This document shows, one piece after another, positions 51,455 to 64,000 of a DNA stretch of 64,000 bases (position 1 is the stretch's first letter; each line of letters starts with the position of its first letter). Under the pieces are notes generated by a model. That model had not been told where the DNA came from. It made no database searches and saw nothing but the letters and a program-made list of their open reading frames with translations. Position numbers and translations under genes: made by a program. Origin of the DNA: Squalus acanthias (Eukaryota); the NCBI GenBank assembly GCA_030390025.1, contig CM059438.1, positions 79,856,001 to 79,920,000 of the forward strand, read 5' to 3'.

Positions 51455-51996
51455 GGTATTACAAATATGATTAAAAAGCTGATTTAGAAAGTTAGGTGAA
51501 TGGCCCCATGTATGGCAGGTGTCATTTAGGTGTTATGCACTTGAAATTAGGAGTACACATTAAAGGTTAAATATTTAAACAGACCTGGGCTAAGAGTCAA
51601 TTACTCATTAGAAGCATTGTGCACAGTGTGAGAAGACTATAAGTACAACAATTAGGAATTTAGGTTGTATTACTAGGATCATCAAGTACAAAACAAAGAG
51701 GACTATGCTTATGCATTAGCGGGCTCTTATACATTCACACTTTGAGTATCGTGTCCAGTTTTGGTCCCTGTACATCGTGAAGAATAGAGACACTCTGGAG
51801 AAGGTGCAGAGCATGGTGACCAAGATTGTATCAAATCTTACTGCTCTGGTTATAAGGATAGGGCCCAAGGGTTAGTATTTTTCACTTTGAAAAAACACCA
51901 GTTCAGAGGAGACGTGATTGAGATTTTTTAAATAATGAAGGGATTCAATACAGTCTGCTTAGAAATGGATAGGGAGGGTCTGATTAGAAGTCATAC
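51455..51996 (+). mobile_element. Old CR1 fragment
   Basis: Remnants LGEW..VWQV, HFEYRVQFWS, LEKVQ..VTKIV, RGDVIEIF. Confidence 0.8.
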
Positions 51997-53183
51997 TCAT
52001 AAATCTAGTTTTTTTGTTAAAAAAAATTCACTGTGGAGTTGATGGTGGCAGTTTTATTCTATTTTCACTTTGTTTATTTTTTGCTAGTACCAAGTGTCAC
52101 ATCAGATGATGGCTCGGTCTCTCTATGCAGTGATACTCAATAATCACTGAAGGATTGGCAATTGTGATATTATTATTACAAGTTCATAATATGATAATGT
52201 GTAACTAACTAAAACACAGTATTACTATTAATCAAACATTGTTCTTAGCTGTTCATTTACCTTTTCATCCAGATTGAAAAAATATTTCACATTTTATGCA
52301 ACTAATTTTGGCAATCACAATTTTTTGCCACAAAACACTGAAACAAATATATTCTTATAATTGTTTTTAAAGTCGCAATGTTGCAGTAGCTGTAGAATTT
52401 AGGAACCTAATTTGAGCTACTGCCAGATCTTAAACATTCAGAATCTCTTTCTGATAATCAGCTTCATAAAATAAACCAACCAGAAATATCTGACACTCAG
52501 CTTTATTAGGAACTAGTATTGCGAATTCCAACAGTTCAATTCTTTCACTAGCAGTTTGATCCTGTAAATATCTTCAGTACTTTACTAAGTTTTGGGTGTT
52601 ATTAATAGAGCTTTAAAGCTTGCTCCTTATTTGTGTGTCAAATTCAAAGCGTTATAACTTTGCTGAAATATTTACTTACTTACATCTGTTTCATGTCCAT
52701 TTTATTTTAAGAACGCAATGTCGCAATAAAAGATAACACTGCAAGCTGGAATATAGGTCTATGCTGTACAGAATGCATATTGCTCCAACCTAAATATAGA
52801 TCCGAGTCTGTACAGGGGTTAAATCAACTAAATAGGGCATAATTACATAGAAGACACTGTCCTTTTAATTTTTCAGATTTTACTGAAGGTAAGTAGGTTC
52901 AGCGAAAGTGTAGTGCAGGATTAAACAATACCAAGAAGCCTGCGTTATTTATTTTAAAAAGGGCCATTGCCCAATATAAATTTGAAACTACTATACACGA
53001 AAGAGCCTCATAATCACAGAGGGTCCTTGTCCCCAAAACAATGCACTTAGGGCTGACCCCTTAGTACAATGACCTGTTGGGAAAGGATACGAGAATCCTG
53101 TCTGTCAGTTAAAATGTGATGTTTGTCACAAACCAGAGGCTAATGTTGTTTTCCATGGTTGTATATACCCTTTGCAGTCTCAC

Positions 53184-53303
53184 CTTAGGATACAGAAGCA
53201 AGTTTTGGCCCCAGAAGATAAGCGACAGAATCCAAACCTCTGCTTGCTGTCAATGTCAGTGAGTACAAATGTAAAGTTCTGGCCAACTTGGCTGACTGTA
53301 AGG
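53184..53303 (-). CDS. DENND1A: DENND1A coding exon, 120 bp: (S)LTVSQVGQNFTFVLTDIDSKQRFGFCRLSSGAKTCFCIL(S)
   Basis: tttttcag|C CTT ACA...ATC CTA AG|gtgaga. Carries the DENN motif FTFVLTD..QRFGFCR. Phase 2/2 fits both neighbours. Confidence 0.97.
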
Positions 53304-55029
53304 CTGAAAAAGAGAACAAAGCAGAAGTGTATTTTCAACTGACCATAAGATAAAGACGTCTAATCAAATCATGTCACTGAACCAGCATAGCTGAACTCCA
53401 CTCACAGATTTTCCGGAAATAAGCTTTTAAAAGTAATGCTATCGACAATTTACAAATCTTTCATTTTTCAACATAATTATATTAATTATACAGTGAAGTT
53501 GGTGCATATACTGGAACTCCATAAAAGAACTATTCTTTTATGAACTTTTTTCAACAAAATTATGTCCTTGTAACTGCACATTATTGCATCAGAATATGTA
53601 GGTTTTTTGCATTAATTGCAGATTTTAGACATAAGGAGCCCACTGCAATGTTGTATCTTTGATATTATGCACCCATTATTCTGCATTACCTTATTTTCCT
53701 CACCTGTACAACCAACTCTCCACAACAGAAAATAACCTAGACCAAGTTATAGAAATAAGTTGTCACTATCCAAAATAACCAATGAATTCCAGATGTTTAT
53801 GGGGTGCATCATTCATTATAGACGTATTTATGCATGTATGCCATACTTGTCAATATACTGGCCAACAGGTTGATCTAATGGCAGTTCACCGTGAGGTCAC
53901 CTATGCCTCATCCTCTTTCCAAATATTTTTATTATTAAAACCAACTTCCTTGGCTTTTTTTGCTTCTACTCTATTTCACTTTCTTTACATTTCTCCATTG
54001 CACGTTCTGATTAATTATATTTTTATCCCTCCATTGCTGCTTTTTTTCTTTATTGGTTCTGCTTTATGCCTGTAGCTTATCTCTGCTCTTAATATTCTCT
54101 AGCTTTATCTCTAATTTCGGCTCTGTGTTTCTCCAACTTTTAGCTCTGTATCACTATTACATCCAAACTCTGTCCCTCAGCTTCCAAAGTTATAGACCTT
54201 GGGTCAGGCTGTCAACACAGATGCCACATACATGCTGCTGCCAGTATGGTGCCACAACAATGCTGCAAACACATTTAAAAATTAGTCTTCAACTATATTG
54301 GAAATGACAGAACTGCCAAAGCCAAAACAAACAATTTTGTCTCTCTTTGCTTAATACCAAGGTTATTTCAAACAATTACAACACAACAAAGAATATGTGG
54401 ACAACACATTGTAGACAGTTGTTGCAGGCCTAAGACAATTTTGAGCTCGTCATATATCTGTAATTCACACCTGACCACAGGAGGAGTATCTTAAATTCAC
54501 TTTCTGATGCCAGTTATATGGGCCACAACAGAATTCTAATCAAGGTTCCAAATTGTTCAATCAGTTCATCTCACCAAAGCAGATTCTCAGATAATCAGAA
54601 ACAGTAATTGGAATCAACTGTCCAAATTGAATTTAAAGCACTGACAGTACAACTCTGGGCTGTGCATTATTCTACATTAAAGGGCCTTAAAATCACAGCT
54701 AAGGTAGACATTAAAAATGTTCAAATAAATATCCAAAATGTTGAAAAGAACAGAAGGACATTTTGAACAGTTTCTTCCAGATTAGTCAGCATAAGGTAGG
54801 CCACTCTGCAGAGTTAAATCTAAAACCAAACGTTTTCACTGTCACAGCACAATAACAGCTTGCATTAGATTGTCAATTTACCCCAATAAAAGCTAATAAA
54901 GAGAATATGAAATTAAGGGCAAATTGAACAAAGAGTAAAGTAGCAGACTAAATAGAAAATCAGTTACAATAGTGAACAAAAGTGATATTAAACTGGAAGT
55001 GTGACTATTGGTGTAGTAGGGATGAATTC

Positions 55030-55447
55030 CATAGCATGAGCGCACCTTTGTTATGTCACCCGTCTTCGCTGATCTACAATGTCTCCTAGTCGCCCAATGG
55101 CGCCAATTAAAAATTCTCAACCTTCCGTTTAAATCTTTTCCTGGCCTCATCCCACCCCATGTTCATAAGCTCCTCCAGCTCTACAGAAGTTTCTCCCCAC
55201 CACTCCAAATTTCCATTCCTGACTCTTGCCTTTTTGTGCACCCCTTCCCTTTACCTTACCATTCAGCTGCTTTTCCACCTACCTCTCTCCTTCAAGATCA
55301 TCCTTAAAACCACCTCTTCGACCAAGCTTTTGTGCGCCCCTACTAATATCCTCTCCTTTGGCCCTGCATCCATTTACATGTCTGTGATGCAACTTGGGAT
55401 GTTTTTATCTCCATTAAAAAGATTCTATATCAATGTGAGTTGTAGTG
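55030..55447 (+). mobile_element. L2-clade LINE 3' end
   Basis: ORF 55053..55307 SPVFADLQCLLVAQWRQLKILNL..KSFPGLIPP (L2 C-terminus), plus a tail related to 233-460. Confidence 0.75.
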
Positions 55448-56133
55448 TTTTGGTGACAGGTGGGGGGGGGGGGGGGGGGGGGCGGTGGAGTGATGGAAGA
55501 TAAGGGAAAGAGGCAATTATTACAAAAAAATCATACAATCTATTCCAAGTAAAGTACTGAAATGGCTCATACAAAGCTCTTTGCTGAAGAGCAAATTCAA
55601 ATAATGACCAAGACCAAAGATGTAATAAATCAATGGTGAAACATCTATTGGAAATACTGAAAGAATTTGTGGAGTTGTACTTTCTTCACTCCTGTGGTAT
55701 TAAGAACAGTGGCAGTGCCAAAATCTAGCCATAGAAAAGCAGTATCAGAATGTAACATTGGTCAATGTTTGCATTACCTATGGGAGAGATATAATGCGGT
55801 AGGCAAAAGAATAATGGGAAATGCGGACATTCATTTTAAGCCACTGAGTTAATTTAACAACACTGTTAGATAAAAATTGTACATGCAAGAATGCAGCGCT
55901 CCTTTTTCTTGTACTGAGACCACCAGTTCAGGCTGATCCTTTCCAGATATTTTTCAAAAGAGATGTATTTTAATGGTAGTTACACCTTCTCCTAAAATCG
56001 AAGAAAAGTGCCTCCAAATAACATATGCAAACCCACCAAAGACAGAGATTATTTCATGTAGGGTGAATTTCATGCATTAAAGGTCAAAAACAATAGTAAC
56101 CAGTCTGATCATTTTAGTAGCCCCAATGGTATT

Positions 56134-56813
56134 GGCCCAGATTTTGCAGTAGAAATAATGGTGAGGCCAACAGCACTCACCGTTATTAAGGAGTAAATCG
56201 GACAGCAACTGCCTCCAGAAGCTGCGCAATAACAGTATCTCGCTGAGAGACTCGGCATTAAAATACACGGAATGGCGTGAAGTTGCCGTACTTAGCTGCG
56301 AGATACCCGCTAAACTTGCCAGAAAAAGTTAGAGCTTGTCCATTCAAGTGGAAGTGAAGTTTTAACTAATTACTGCCAAACAACCTCTCTGGCACTGAAA
56401 ATTAACTTTTACAAGTGTGGAGTCTCATTCCTTCAGATTTTAATTATTAGAGATTTTTTTTTTTTTAATTTAAATTTTTTTTAAACTTTTTCTTTGTCTC
56501 TTATCTCTCTCTCTTAATCCCATCTTTCCTTCCCTCTCTTTATTTTACTTTCTCTACATGATTTGACATGGAACTAGGTATTCTAACTTACACATCCTGG
56601 TTTAGACTCTGCATGTCTCAGTAAGGATTCTTCAATCTGAATGGTTAAGGAGACATACCGTCGCTTGTCGTGTCCACACAGACCCCAGACCCCCTGTAGA
56701 GGGCGCCATGCTGTTTTGGCTCTCTAATAACCGCAAGTTCCAGTGCAGAAGCTCACAGAAAGACTGTGGCCAAGTATAAGTGTTCGTTCTCACTGACCAC
56801 AAAATCCGGGCCC
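56134..56813. mobile_element. MITE, same family as 32519-33284, opposite orientation
   Basis: TIRs GGCCCAGATTTTGCAGT / CCACAAAATCCGGGCCC. Shared inner blocks, e.g. 32931-32975 vs the reverse complement of 56368-56410. Confidence 0.8.
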
Positions 56814-57509
56814 ATGTGTTGGAATTTAATGTTATATAGCACTTGCCACGAGGTTAATGGTACTATTGGTGCTGTAGTGTAAGACGGACCTACCAGCAAG
56901 TACTGGCCACTCAAAGTGCAAATTGGGGGAAGCTGACAGAGCTCTTTTAAATCTGTAGGAGATATAACGATAGTACAAAAGGCCACCTTTTTAAAGTAAA
57001 TAAAAGATGGTCAATGATGCCAGCTGCAGCAAAGTAAAATCCATGAAAAACTACTTGCTTCCATCAACACTTCAAAACACCAAGCTGTCACCAACAGCAT
57101 TTACTGCAATTCTGGTACCAGCACAATGAAAACTTTGGCACACCATCAGGATCAAAAGTGCAATGTAGAAACAACAGTAATTAGGAGACCAGAGTTCCCA
57201 GTCTCAACTGATCTTCATGCTTAGGGTTTCACTTAAAACAACTCATCTTGGGAAGGGAAGGATTCTTTCCTGTACTGTGCAAGTACATCTCTTAGAAAAT
57301 CAGCCAATCAGTAATAGCACTGTACACAGACTAGAGCATCCACTCCAAGGATAGTGCAGATGTAATGGGAAGAAATACTGCATTTTAGGCAGTTTTAATA
57401 ATTATTATAATCAGTTTTTTTCCACTTGGTTGGGATTTGTGAGTGACCTATTCTGCTCTCAACATGTTCTGGGATTACACCACTATTCTTTGACAATACC
57501 TGGCTGTTT

Positions 57510-57806
57510 GGCTCTGGGACCCAGTGGGTTTGCACATTGTCCTTTTACCTCAGGTTCCTGGGTTTGAATCCACCCAAGACTAATTGGAATAGCAATCCTC
57601 TCTTTGGTTAAAGGTTCCATATGAAATGAATTTTGCCCATCTGAATCCAGTTCTAAGCAGGCATAAGTTCACTGAATACAGTTGGAACTTTTGGAGAGGT
57701 CACAAGGAGATGGAATGGGAATGCTTCAATAGTGTTGTTGCAGATCATCCAGAGGAGTAGTTAAAATGCGCTGTTAGAGCAAAGAGGGAGCTTACACTAC
57801 ATCTAA
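57510..57806 (+). mobile_element. LF-SINE-like relic
   Basis: ccttttacctcagg...tttgaatccaccca, tatgaaatgaatt...aatccagttctaag, gggagcttacact: same word order as the recalled LF-SINE consensus. Confidence 0.55.
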
Positions 57807-58346
57807 TTTTGAGGAAAAGATAGCCAATTTAATATTTTTCTCAGTCATCTAATAACTGAAATATAGTGGAGAAGTCCATGAGTAGCAAGTCACCATTTCA
57901 TTGCAAAGGCTTCAGAGGATAAAATCAAAGGCCTTGTTTTGAGTTCAAATTAGCACTGGTTTGAAGAAATTGAATAGTGACATTAAATTCTGCAAATGTG
58001 GCAACGAAACAAGACTATCAATTCATTAATGGTTAACTTCTGTAATTGCTTAGCCTCAAAAGAGTATTGATTGAAGATGGTGCGTTAAAAATTGAGTACA
58101 TAGGGTTTACAGAATATTTCATAGTGATTTCCATCTGTAGATCAAACAAGCAAGGCAACATACTTCCAATAATTTAACTGACTTTAAACCATTACACATT
58201 GATAAACTATACACCAATTAAAAAATAAAAAGTTATATATTTTGCACCTTGCAAGAAGTTGCACATTTATTTTTAGATATGTTCTATTACTGCATTAGTT
58301 TCTCTGAAGAGAGTTTTAAATTCTGGATCAAACGTGGACACACCCT

Positions 58347-59091
58347 GGCCCTGATTTTCCGGGGCCTATGACCGCGTGCGCACCGCGTATGCTGGCCGTA
58401 AGTGCCCCGCAAGTTCCGGGTTTCCGCACGCGATGCGCATGCGTGAAAACCTGGAACTTGCGATCTGTCAAGTGTCAGCTCGACAGATCCACCGCATCCC
58501 CGGGAAATGGACATTCGCTGGCGGAGAGTTGGGCTATTTGTGCAAATACTGCCCAGCGAATGCCCACAAAACTCTTATGCCTGGTAAAAGCAGGCATAGG
58601 GCCTTCTTTTACCAGCGTAAGGGTTGAAATAAATATTTAAACTTAAAAAAACCTTTAAAATTAGCTTAGGTTATTTTTGGACCCTTTAAAAATGTTTAAG
58701 TTCATTTTTCAAAAAATCAAATCTTTTGTTTTAAATGTTTAATTACATTGTATTTTAATTAATTTTAACCATGTAATGATTTCTTTTTAAGTTGTGTGAA
58801 ATTTGTGTTTGTGATTCCTATTAAGCTTATAGGAATTCCGTACGTAAATGGAATCCCTAGGAGTATAATAGGGATCCCCCTTTCTGACTGGTTGGGCCGG
58901 CCCACGTGATCCCAGGGGCGCTTGTGAAACGCATGCACCTCTGGGATCCATGGGCCTCTACACAGGCGTACGCCTGGAGGCCCAGGAGTACGAGTCTTCG
59001 TAGGTACGGGACCATCAGGTAGGTTCATACTTTTCCTACGGTTCGGAGGCATTCGCCCACAGGAAGCCTCCGACTGCAAATTCAGGCCCCC
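58347..59091. mobile_element. Young CpG-rich MITE with TIRs GGCCCTGATTTT / AAATTCAGGCCCC
   Basis: Inverted ends, GC-rich arms, AT-rich core and internal palindromes at about 58813-58878. Confidence 0.75.
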
Positions 59092-59123
59092 TATGTTTTT
59101 AAACATTTATAATTTTAGTTAAG

Positions 59124-59561
59124 AACAAAAGTTGCATTTATACTCGCATCTTTCACGGTCTCAGGATGTCGCATAGCGCTACACAGCCAATGAAGTACAT
59201 TTGATGTGTAGTCACTCTTGTAATGTACAGAAATGTGACACACAGCAAAGTCTCACAAACGTCAATGAGATAAGTGACCAGATATGGTTTTTAATGATGT
59301 TGGTTGAGGGATAAATATTGGCCAGGACACCAGGAGAACTTCCATGCTCATCTTCAAATAGTGCCATGGAATCTTTTATGACCATGTGAGAAGGGGCCTC
59401 AGTTTACCATCTCATCTGAAAGACTGCATCTCTGCCAGTCCAGCACTCCTTTAGTGCTGCATTGAAGTGTCAGCCTAAATTATGTGCTCACGTCTCTGCA
59501 GTGGGGCTTAAATGCACAACCTTGTGACTCAGGCGACAGTGCTACCACTGAGCCAAGGCTG
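59124..59561 (-). mobile_element. Full-length tRNA-headed Deu-domain SINE (SacSINE1-like)
   Basis: Minus-strand head cagccttggctcagtggtagcact (A-box), Deu core and tail ...taaatgcaac. Colinear with 28284-28560. Confidence 0.88.
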
Positions 59562-62037
59562 TAGTTACACTGCAGATGAACATTTTGACCAACATTTAAC
59601 CATTTCATAGGACTATGTATTTCAAAGTACGTACTTCAAAGTATGTAGTTATAAAAACACTTGTTACATTGGATGCAGTTAAAATGGATGAAAAATATTC
59701 CACTGAGTGACATGACAACACTATTGTGTTTATAAATTCAGAATCACTAGTGTCTTACTTTTCATCCACATGTTACCAAATTTTCATTATTTGTTTTAGG
59801 GGTGCATTTTGTAAAAAGTCCTCCTATAAAAATACAATGAATCTGTGTTTTAGCACATTTTAACCATTTAGGTTGGAACCATTTTTTTCCAAATCAGTAA
59901 ATAGAAGAACTCTTGTCACATATTATGGTACTGACTGGTCAAATGGCTGGAATGTCCTCAGTTAGACAGCAGGTTTAGTATCTATTCCAATTGAATTGTG
60001 CCTGATTATACATGAATACTAAGAACAGCCTTGGTAATAGAGTCGTACCTGGAAGATGAGGTAACTAATCACAAAGAATTAGAAATATGTGCAGGTAGGA
60101 GCTAGTAAAGGAGCAAACTCTATTCTGCTGTTGACCAAAACCAAGTTGGTAAGGAATAAGGTCAGAAGTAAATGGACTCTTAACTGCAATAACAAAACTG
60201 TTCTACCAAAAATATTTCCCCATTGGTCTAATACTATTTCCCATAACTGAAACACCGACAAAAATCAACCCAACTCTCGAGGTTGCCAGACAAACACAAA
60301 AACAGTACCACTACCAGGTACAATACATACTTGAACTGAACAGCTTGTATCTATGCAGCATTCCTCACAAGCAGGAAAACAGTTCAGAGACAACTCTGCA
60401 AGTGAAAACAATTGCAGTTTTATAATCCTTGGACCACTGACAGATCCAGGGAAGTGACTGTCTCTCTGAGCCAGACAGTTTTGCAAGCTCTCATTTCATA
60501 CACTGGAAATAATCAGAATTACAGTAATAAAGTTACTCAAATTTCAGGTGTAGCTTTATTGTTGTAATATTAACATGATAGAAATAAAATAAAATTCTAT
60601 ATATTTTAATTCTGCTTGCCTTGTCATCTCAATTTCCCAATTCCTATTTGCAAAACCTATGCTATCTTTCTAACCCTTTTTTCTCTCTAAAAATATAACT
60701 TTAAACCCTCTTTTTTCTTGTCAGCTTCCACTCACCATTTTGTTTAAACAAATGAGTTTCCATGCGCTGAAAACTGGTTTTGCGGCCAGTTTTCCAACCA
60801 ACTTTGTAGATTGACAATCCTGGACAACTTTTGATGTCTCAAAATAGGAAACGTTTCTGCTGACAAGCAAACTCGTCCAAAGTACCAAGAAGGGTAAAGG
60901 CTTTTTCTACAACCTTTTCCCCTCACCCGAGACTTGGCACCATTCTCCAACCAAGAATGTCGCAGGAGACCTGATGTACCAGGCTACTGCCAATGCTGCT
61001 CTGCAACTGTTTGTAGCAAGGTGCATGAATGTCATAGTCAGTCAGATATTTGGACACCGATTTTCCTACCCTATGGCAAAGTACCAAGATTCCTCTGGGA
61101 ACTTATTGTGTTGCCTATCATGTGGCGCATATTAAATTAGCTGAATAATTTAAACCAAAAAATATATTGAATATGATGTATTGTGATTAATAAAAATTAA
61201 GCCATCAAAAATAGAAATTGCCTTTTCTAATAACATATCAGTCATGAAAACCAAACTTGTTAATACTTCCATTATACTCAATGTACAGCACGCACAACCC
61301 AACCTCAGCTTCCTCAATAATAGATGCATAACAATAAATAATTTCCTTACAAAGAAAAACATTCTATGGCAAAGCATCTCTCAAAATATCTACAGAGGGC
61401 GCTATTAAGTAAGTAAATAGTAGTCTGTGTTTAGTTTTTTTTTAAACCACAAACTATAGCCAATTCTTAAATAAGAATTGTTTTAAGTATTCATTTTGTT
61501 GCATAAATTTCAAAAATCAGCTAAAATTAAAAATGAAGTTACTTTTGTAAAAAGATGGACAAAATTACAAATATAATTGCACAATGCCAAGACTTTAAAA
61601 TAAAATATTCACAAAATATTTCCAGCAAATTTTAAATGGGCACCTTTCCCTTTCTCGTTAACTTATAATTAACACTGCCAAAGTCTGGCGAATATTACTA
61701 AAGTGGTTGGTATGTGTAATGTACGCAAACCACCCATTGCTGTGCTCTGCTGAAGTGAAGATCTAATTTACAGCCTCTCTCAGGCACTTCACTGCTTTTA
61801 ACTTCAAGAAAATAGCAGAATTATGATGACACTAAACAGAATTATGATTCAGAGCACCTGCGGTAAATTACAATACCTGCTTAACAGGCAAATAAAAACA
61901 GTTTCCTCATTTTTATGTGCAAGGGGGGTGCTTTAAATGAGATTTTAAAGGCACAAAACACAACCATGTTTCTTTGTTATTTTCCAGAGCAATTTTATGG
62001 CATCTTTATCTCGTAAACTTTGCAATGATAACAGTAC

Positions 62038-62087
62038 CTGTCCACATAGAAAGGGAAACAAAACTTGGTCAATGTCTGCAGAACTTC
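62038..62087 (-). CDS. DENND1A: DENND1A coding exon, 50 bp (probably exon 4): EVLQTLTKFCFPFYVD(S)
   Basis: Minus strand reads ctccacag|GAA GTT CTG...GTG GAC AG|gtactg. Peptide matches the recalled DENND1A uDENN KFCFPF motif. Ends in phase 2. Confidence 0.95.
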
Positions 62088-64000
62088 CTGTGGAGAGAAA
62101 ACAGAGAATTTATGCATCTTATGGGGCCAATAAATATAATATTAACTGCACCATACAATTACACCTTCCTCTCTCCCACCCCCCGCCCTCACTCGCTCCA
62201 TGACAAAATGGGAGACAGATGAAGAAGTAGGGCACTTATCAATTATAGAAAGAAACAGTGAGCAGTCAATCACTTGCAATAATAAACAATATCAAACTTC
62301 ATTAAATATGGAAAAAATGATCAAGATTCACACATGAACAGGCTGCAGGGGCTACCTCACGTAACCTCCTAGGGGATTGGAGGTTGGGATGCTGAGTGTT
62401 AACACCCCTCCTGGGACTCTCTTCAGCCTGACCATATGGATCATACTAAATAACACCAAACCACATGGGCTTATCTTGGCCCAGACTGCCACTGCTGCCA
62501 GAGCTTTGGCTGTTACCTAGAAACAGGGGCTGATGGGATTAGAAAACCAATGGTAGAGTATGACAAAAGAGAAGACCACAAAAAGCAGCATCTCTTTTCT
62601 CCAGTCTGTCAGTTTTTTAAGCAATACAAAATGGTAGGCACGTGAAATACTTCACTGTTTTTCATCACAAACGATGGTTTTAAAAAAGTATGGTTTGATT
62701 TTTAAATTACATGCTACCTGACAGCTGCAACATTAGATTATTAAAAGTTTAATACATATATAGTTTTTTTTTAAGTCTTGAGGTCAAGTTTCAAGCGCCT
62801 ACCACTGGGACAATGCAATCAATAAAAATGCTGTGGAGCACATTACCTGTGTAAGCAATGAGGGGGCAGAAAGGACAGGGGTAGTTTGGAAAAAAAACAT
62901 CTGTTCAGATAAGGGATCCTATAACTGAAAATCCAATTTAAAAAGCAAACTCAAACCTCAAATAAGAGAGATTGCTAATCTCTGTCTTTTTCCACTTTTG
63001 TAAAAATATGTACATTAGACTATATTAAATTCAATATATTTGTATAACATTTAAACCAACATTATTAGGACTTTTAGAAAATTATAAATTTAGGTTACTT
63101 GAAATCTTTTTCTTCATACCTGCAATCTTTTTATCCTTTATTTACACCAGGTTAAACACATTTCCTACTATGCTTTAGTACTTGGCAGCACATCAGAAAT
63201 CAAATAAAACCGCTTTAAAAATACATTTAACTATCGAACAGTTTGATAGTATCAATTCCTTTTTAAAACTGTTTTCTTCCTTTAAAAAATCTATTTACCT
63301 TCGGGTGAGGTAAAAAAAAAAAATGTTTTAATCCTCATTATAGCAAGATGACATTTGTGCGTTTGCAGCTTACAGACCATGTAGTTTACTCTACACAAAC
63401 AATTTTCATAAAATGGTTTGTAATGTTAATTACATCTTCACTTTATATTCATACATTTTACATGTGGATGAGAAATAGCTAATTAAATTTTCCTGTGGTC
63501 CCAGCGAACCAGTTCAAGCTGTGGCTGGATTGCCTAAAGCCAATTTGAACCTTCCTGATAAATTAAACATTACTTTGCACACGTAGCAGTTCTCTTACCA
63601 GTGCTCTTGAATGCTGAACACTATAAATTTCTGGCAGTAACTTCGGCTTAAACAGTCCGTGCACTTAGTTGTGCAGTCATCGCAAATCACGTAAAAAATA
63701 TTTTATTCCTTCAACAGGTTTTCCTGCACAAATGTTTGTTCTAAATCATACAATGTGATGCTGCTGTAACTATAGCTGTAATCAAGTGACAGCAAAGAAT
63801 CAGTCTTGTGATCCATTACCCCCTTTACCCGGTCAACCACATGTTGTAACAGACCAGCCATCTACAAGCTACCCTTGGTACCTTAATATAAACTCTCTGA
63901 ATTCTGAACTATGAATTGCTTCTGCCGCAAAAGTAACGCCACCTCATCGGGTCCCATGCCAGAACCACTTCAGAGGCAGTGCAAAGTAACTGATACAGGA

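Noticed and set aside
53520-53542. Perfect 10-bp hairpin CATAAAAGAA-cta-TTCTTTTATG
   Set aside because: AT-rich and short. Could easily arise by chance or local slippage.
59490-59561. tRNA gene
   Set aside because: SINE head with a degenerate B-box, continuous with the Deu domain and tail. No cloverleaf.
3657-62087. Assignment to DENND1B or DENND1C
   Set aside because: Residues QTLTKFCFPFYVDS, QWxELLETL, RELPSIPEN and LHLYASMLYERR match recalled DENND1A rather than its paralogues. A phylogeny would confirm.

Overview
Vertebrate genomic DNA, most likely an elasmobranch (shark or ray) judging by its repeat families. The whole window lies inside a DENND1A (connecdenn-1, Rab35 GEF) gene on the minus strand. 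Six coding exons were read by hand: 62038-62087, 53184-53303, 21124-21193, 20427-20507, 16710-16763 and 3657-3767. All have AG/GT boundaries, are phase-compatible, and join into 486 nt / 162 aa of the DENN module. The rest is intron: CR1 and L2 LINE fragments, a Penelope-like GIY-YIG fragment, Deu-domain and LF-SINE-like SINEs, TIR-bounded MITEs, a 1.5-kb G-rich minisatellite, and repeat-poor homeobox-site-rich stretches that may be enhancers. Nearly all ORFs in the supplied track are retroelement debris or noise. I found no evidence of a new multi-gene system. The best leads are a cryptic or alternative exon signal and an unexplained exact 23-bp direct repeat, both in the 3.7-kb intron 16764-20426. 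Family names rest on recalled consensus sequences, not on searches, and repeat boundaries are approximate.
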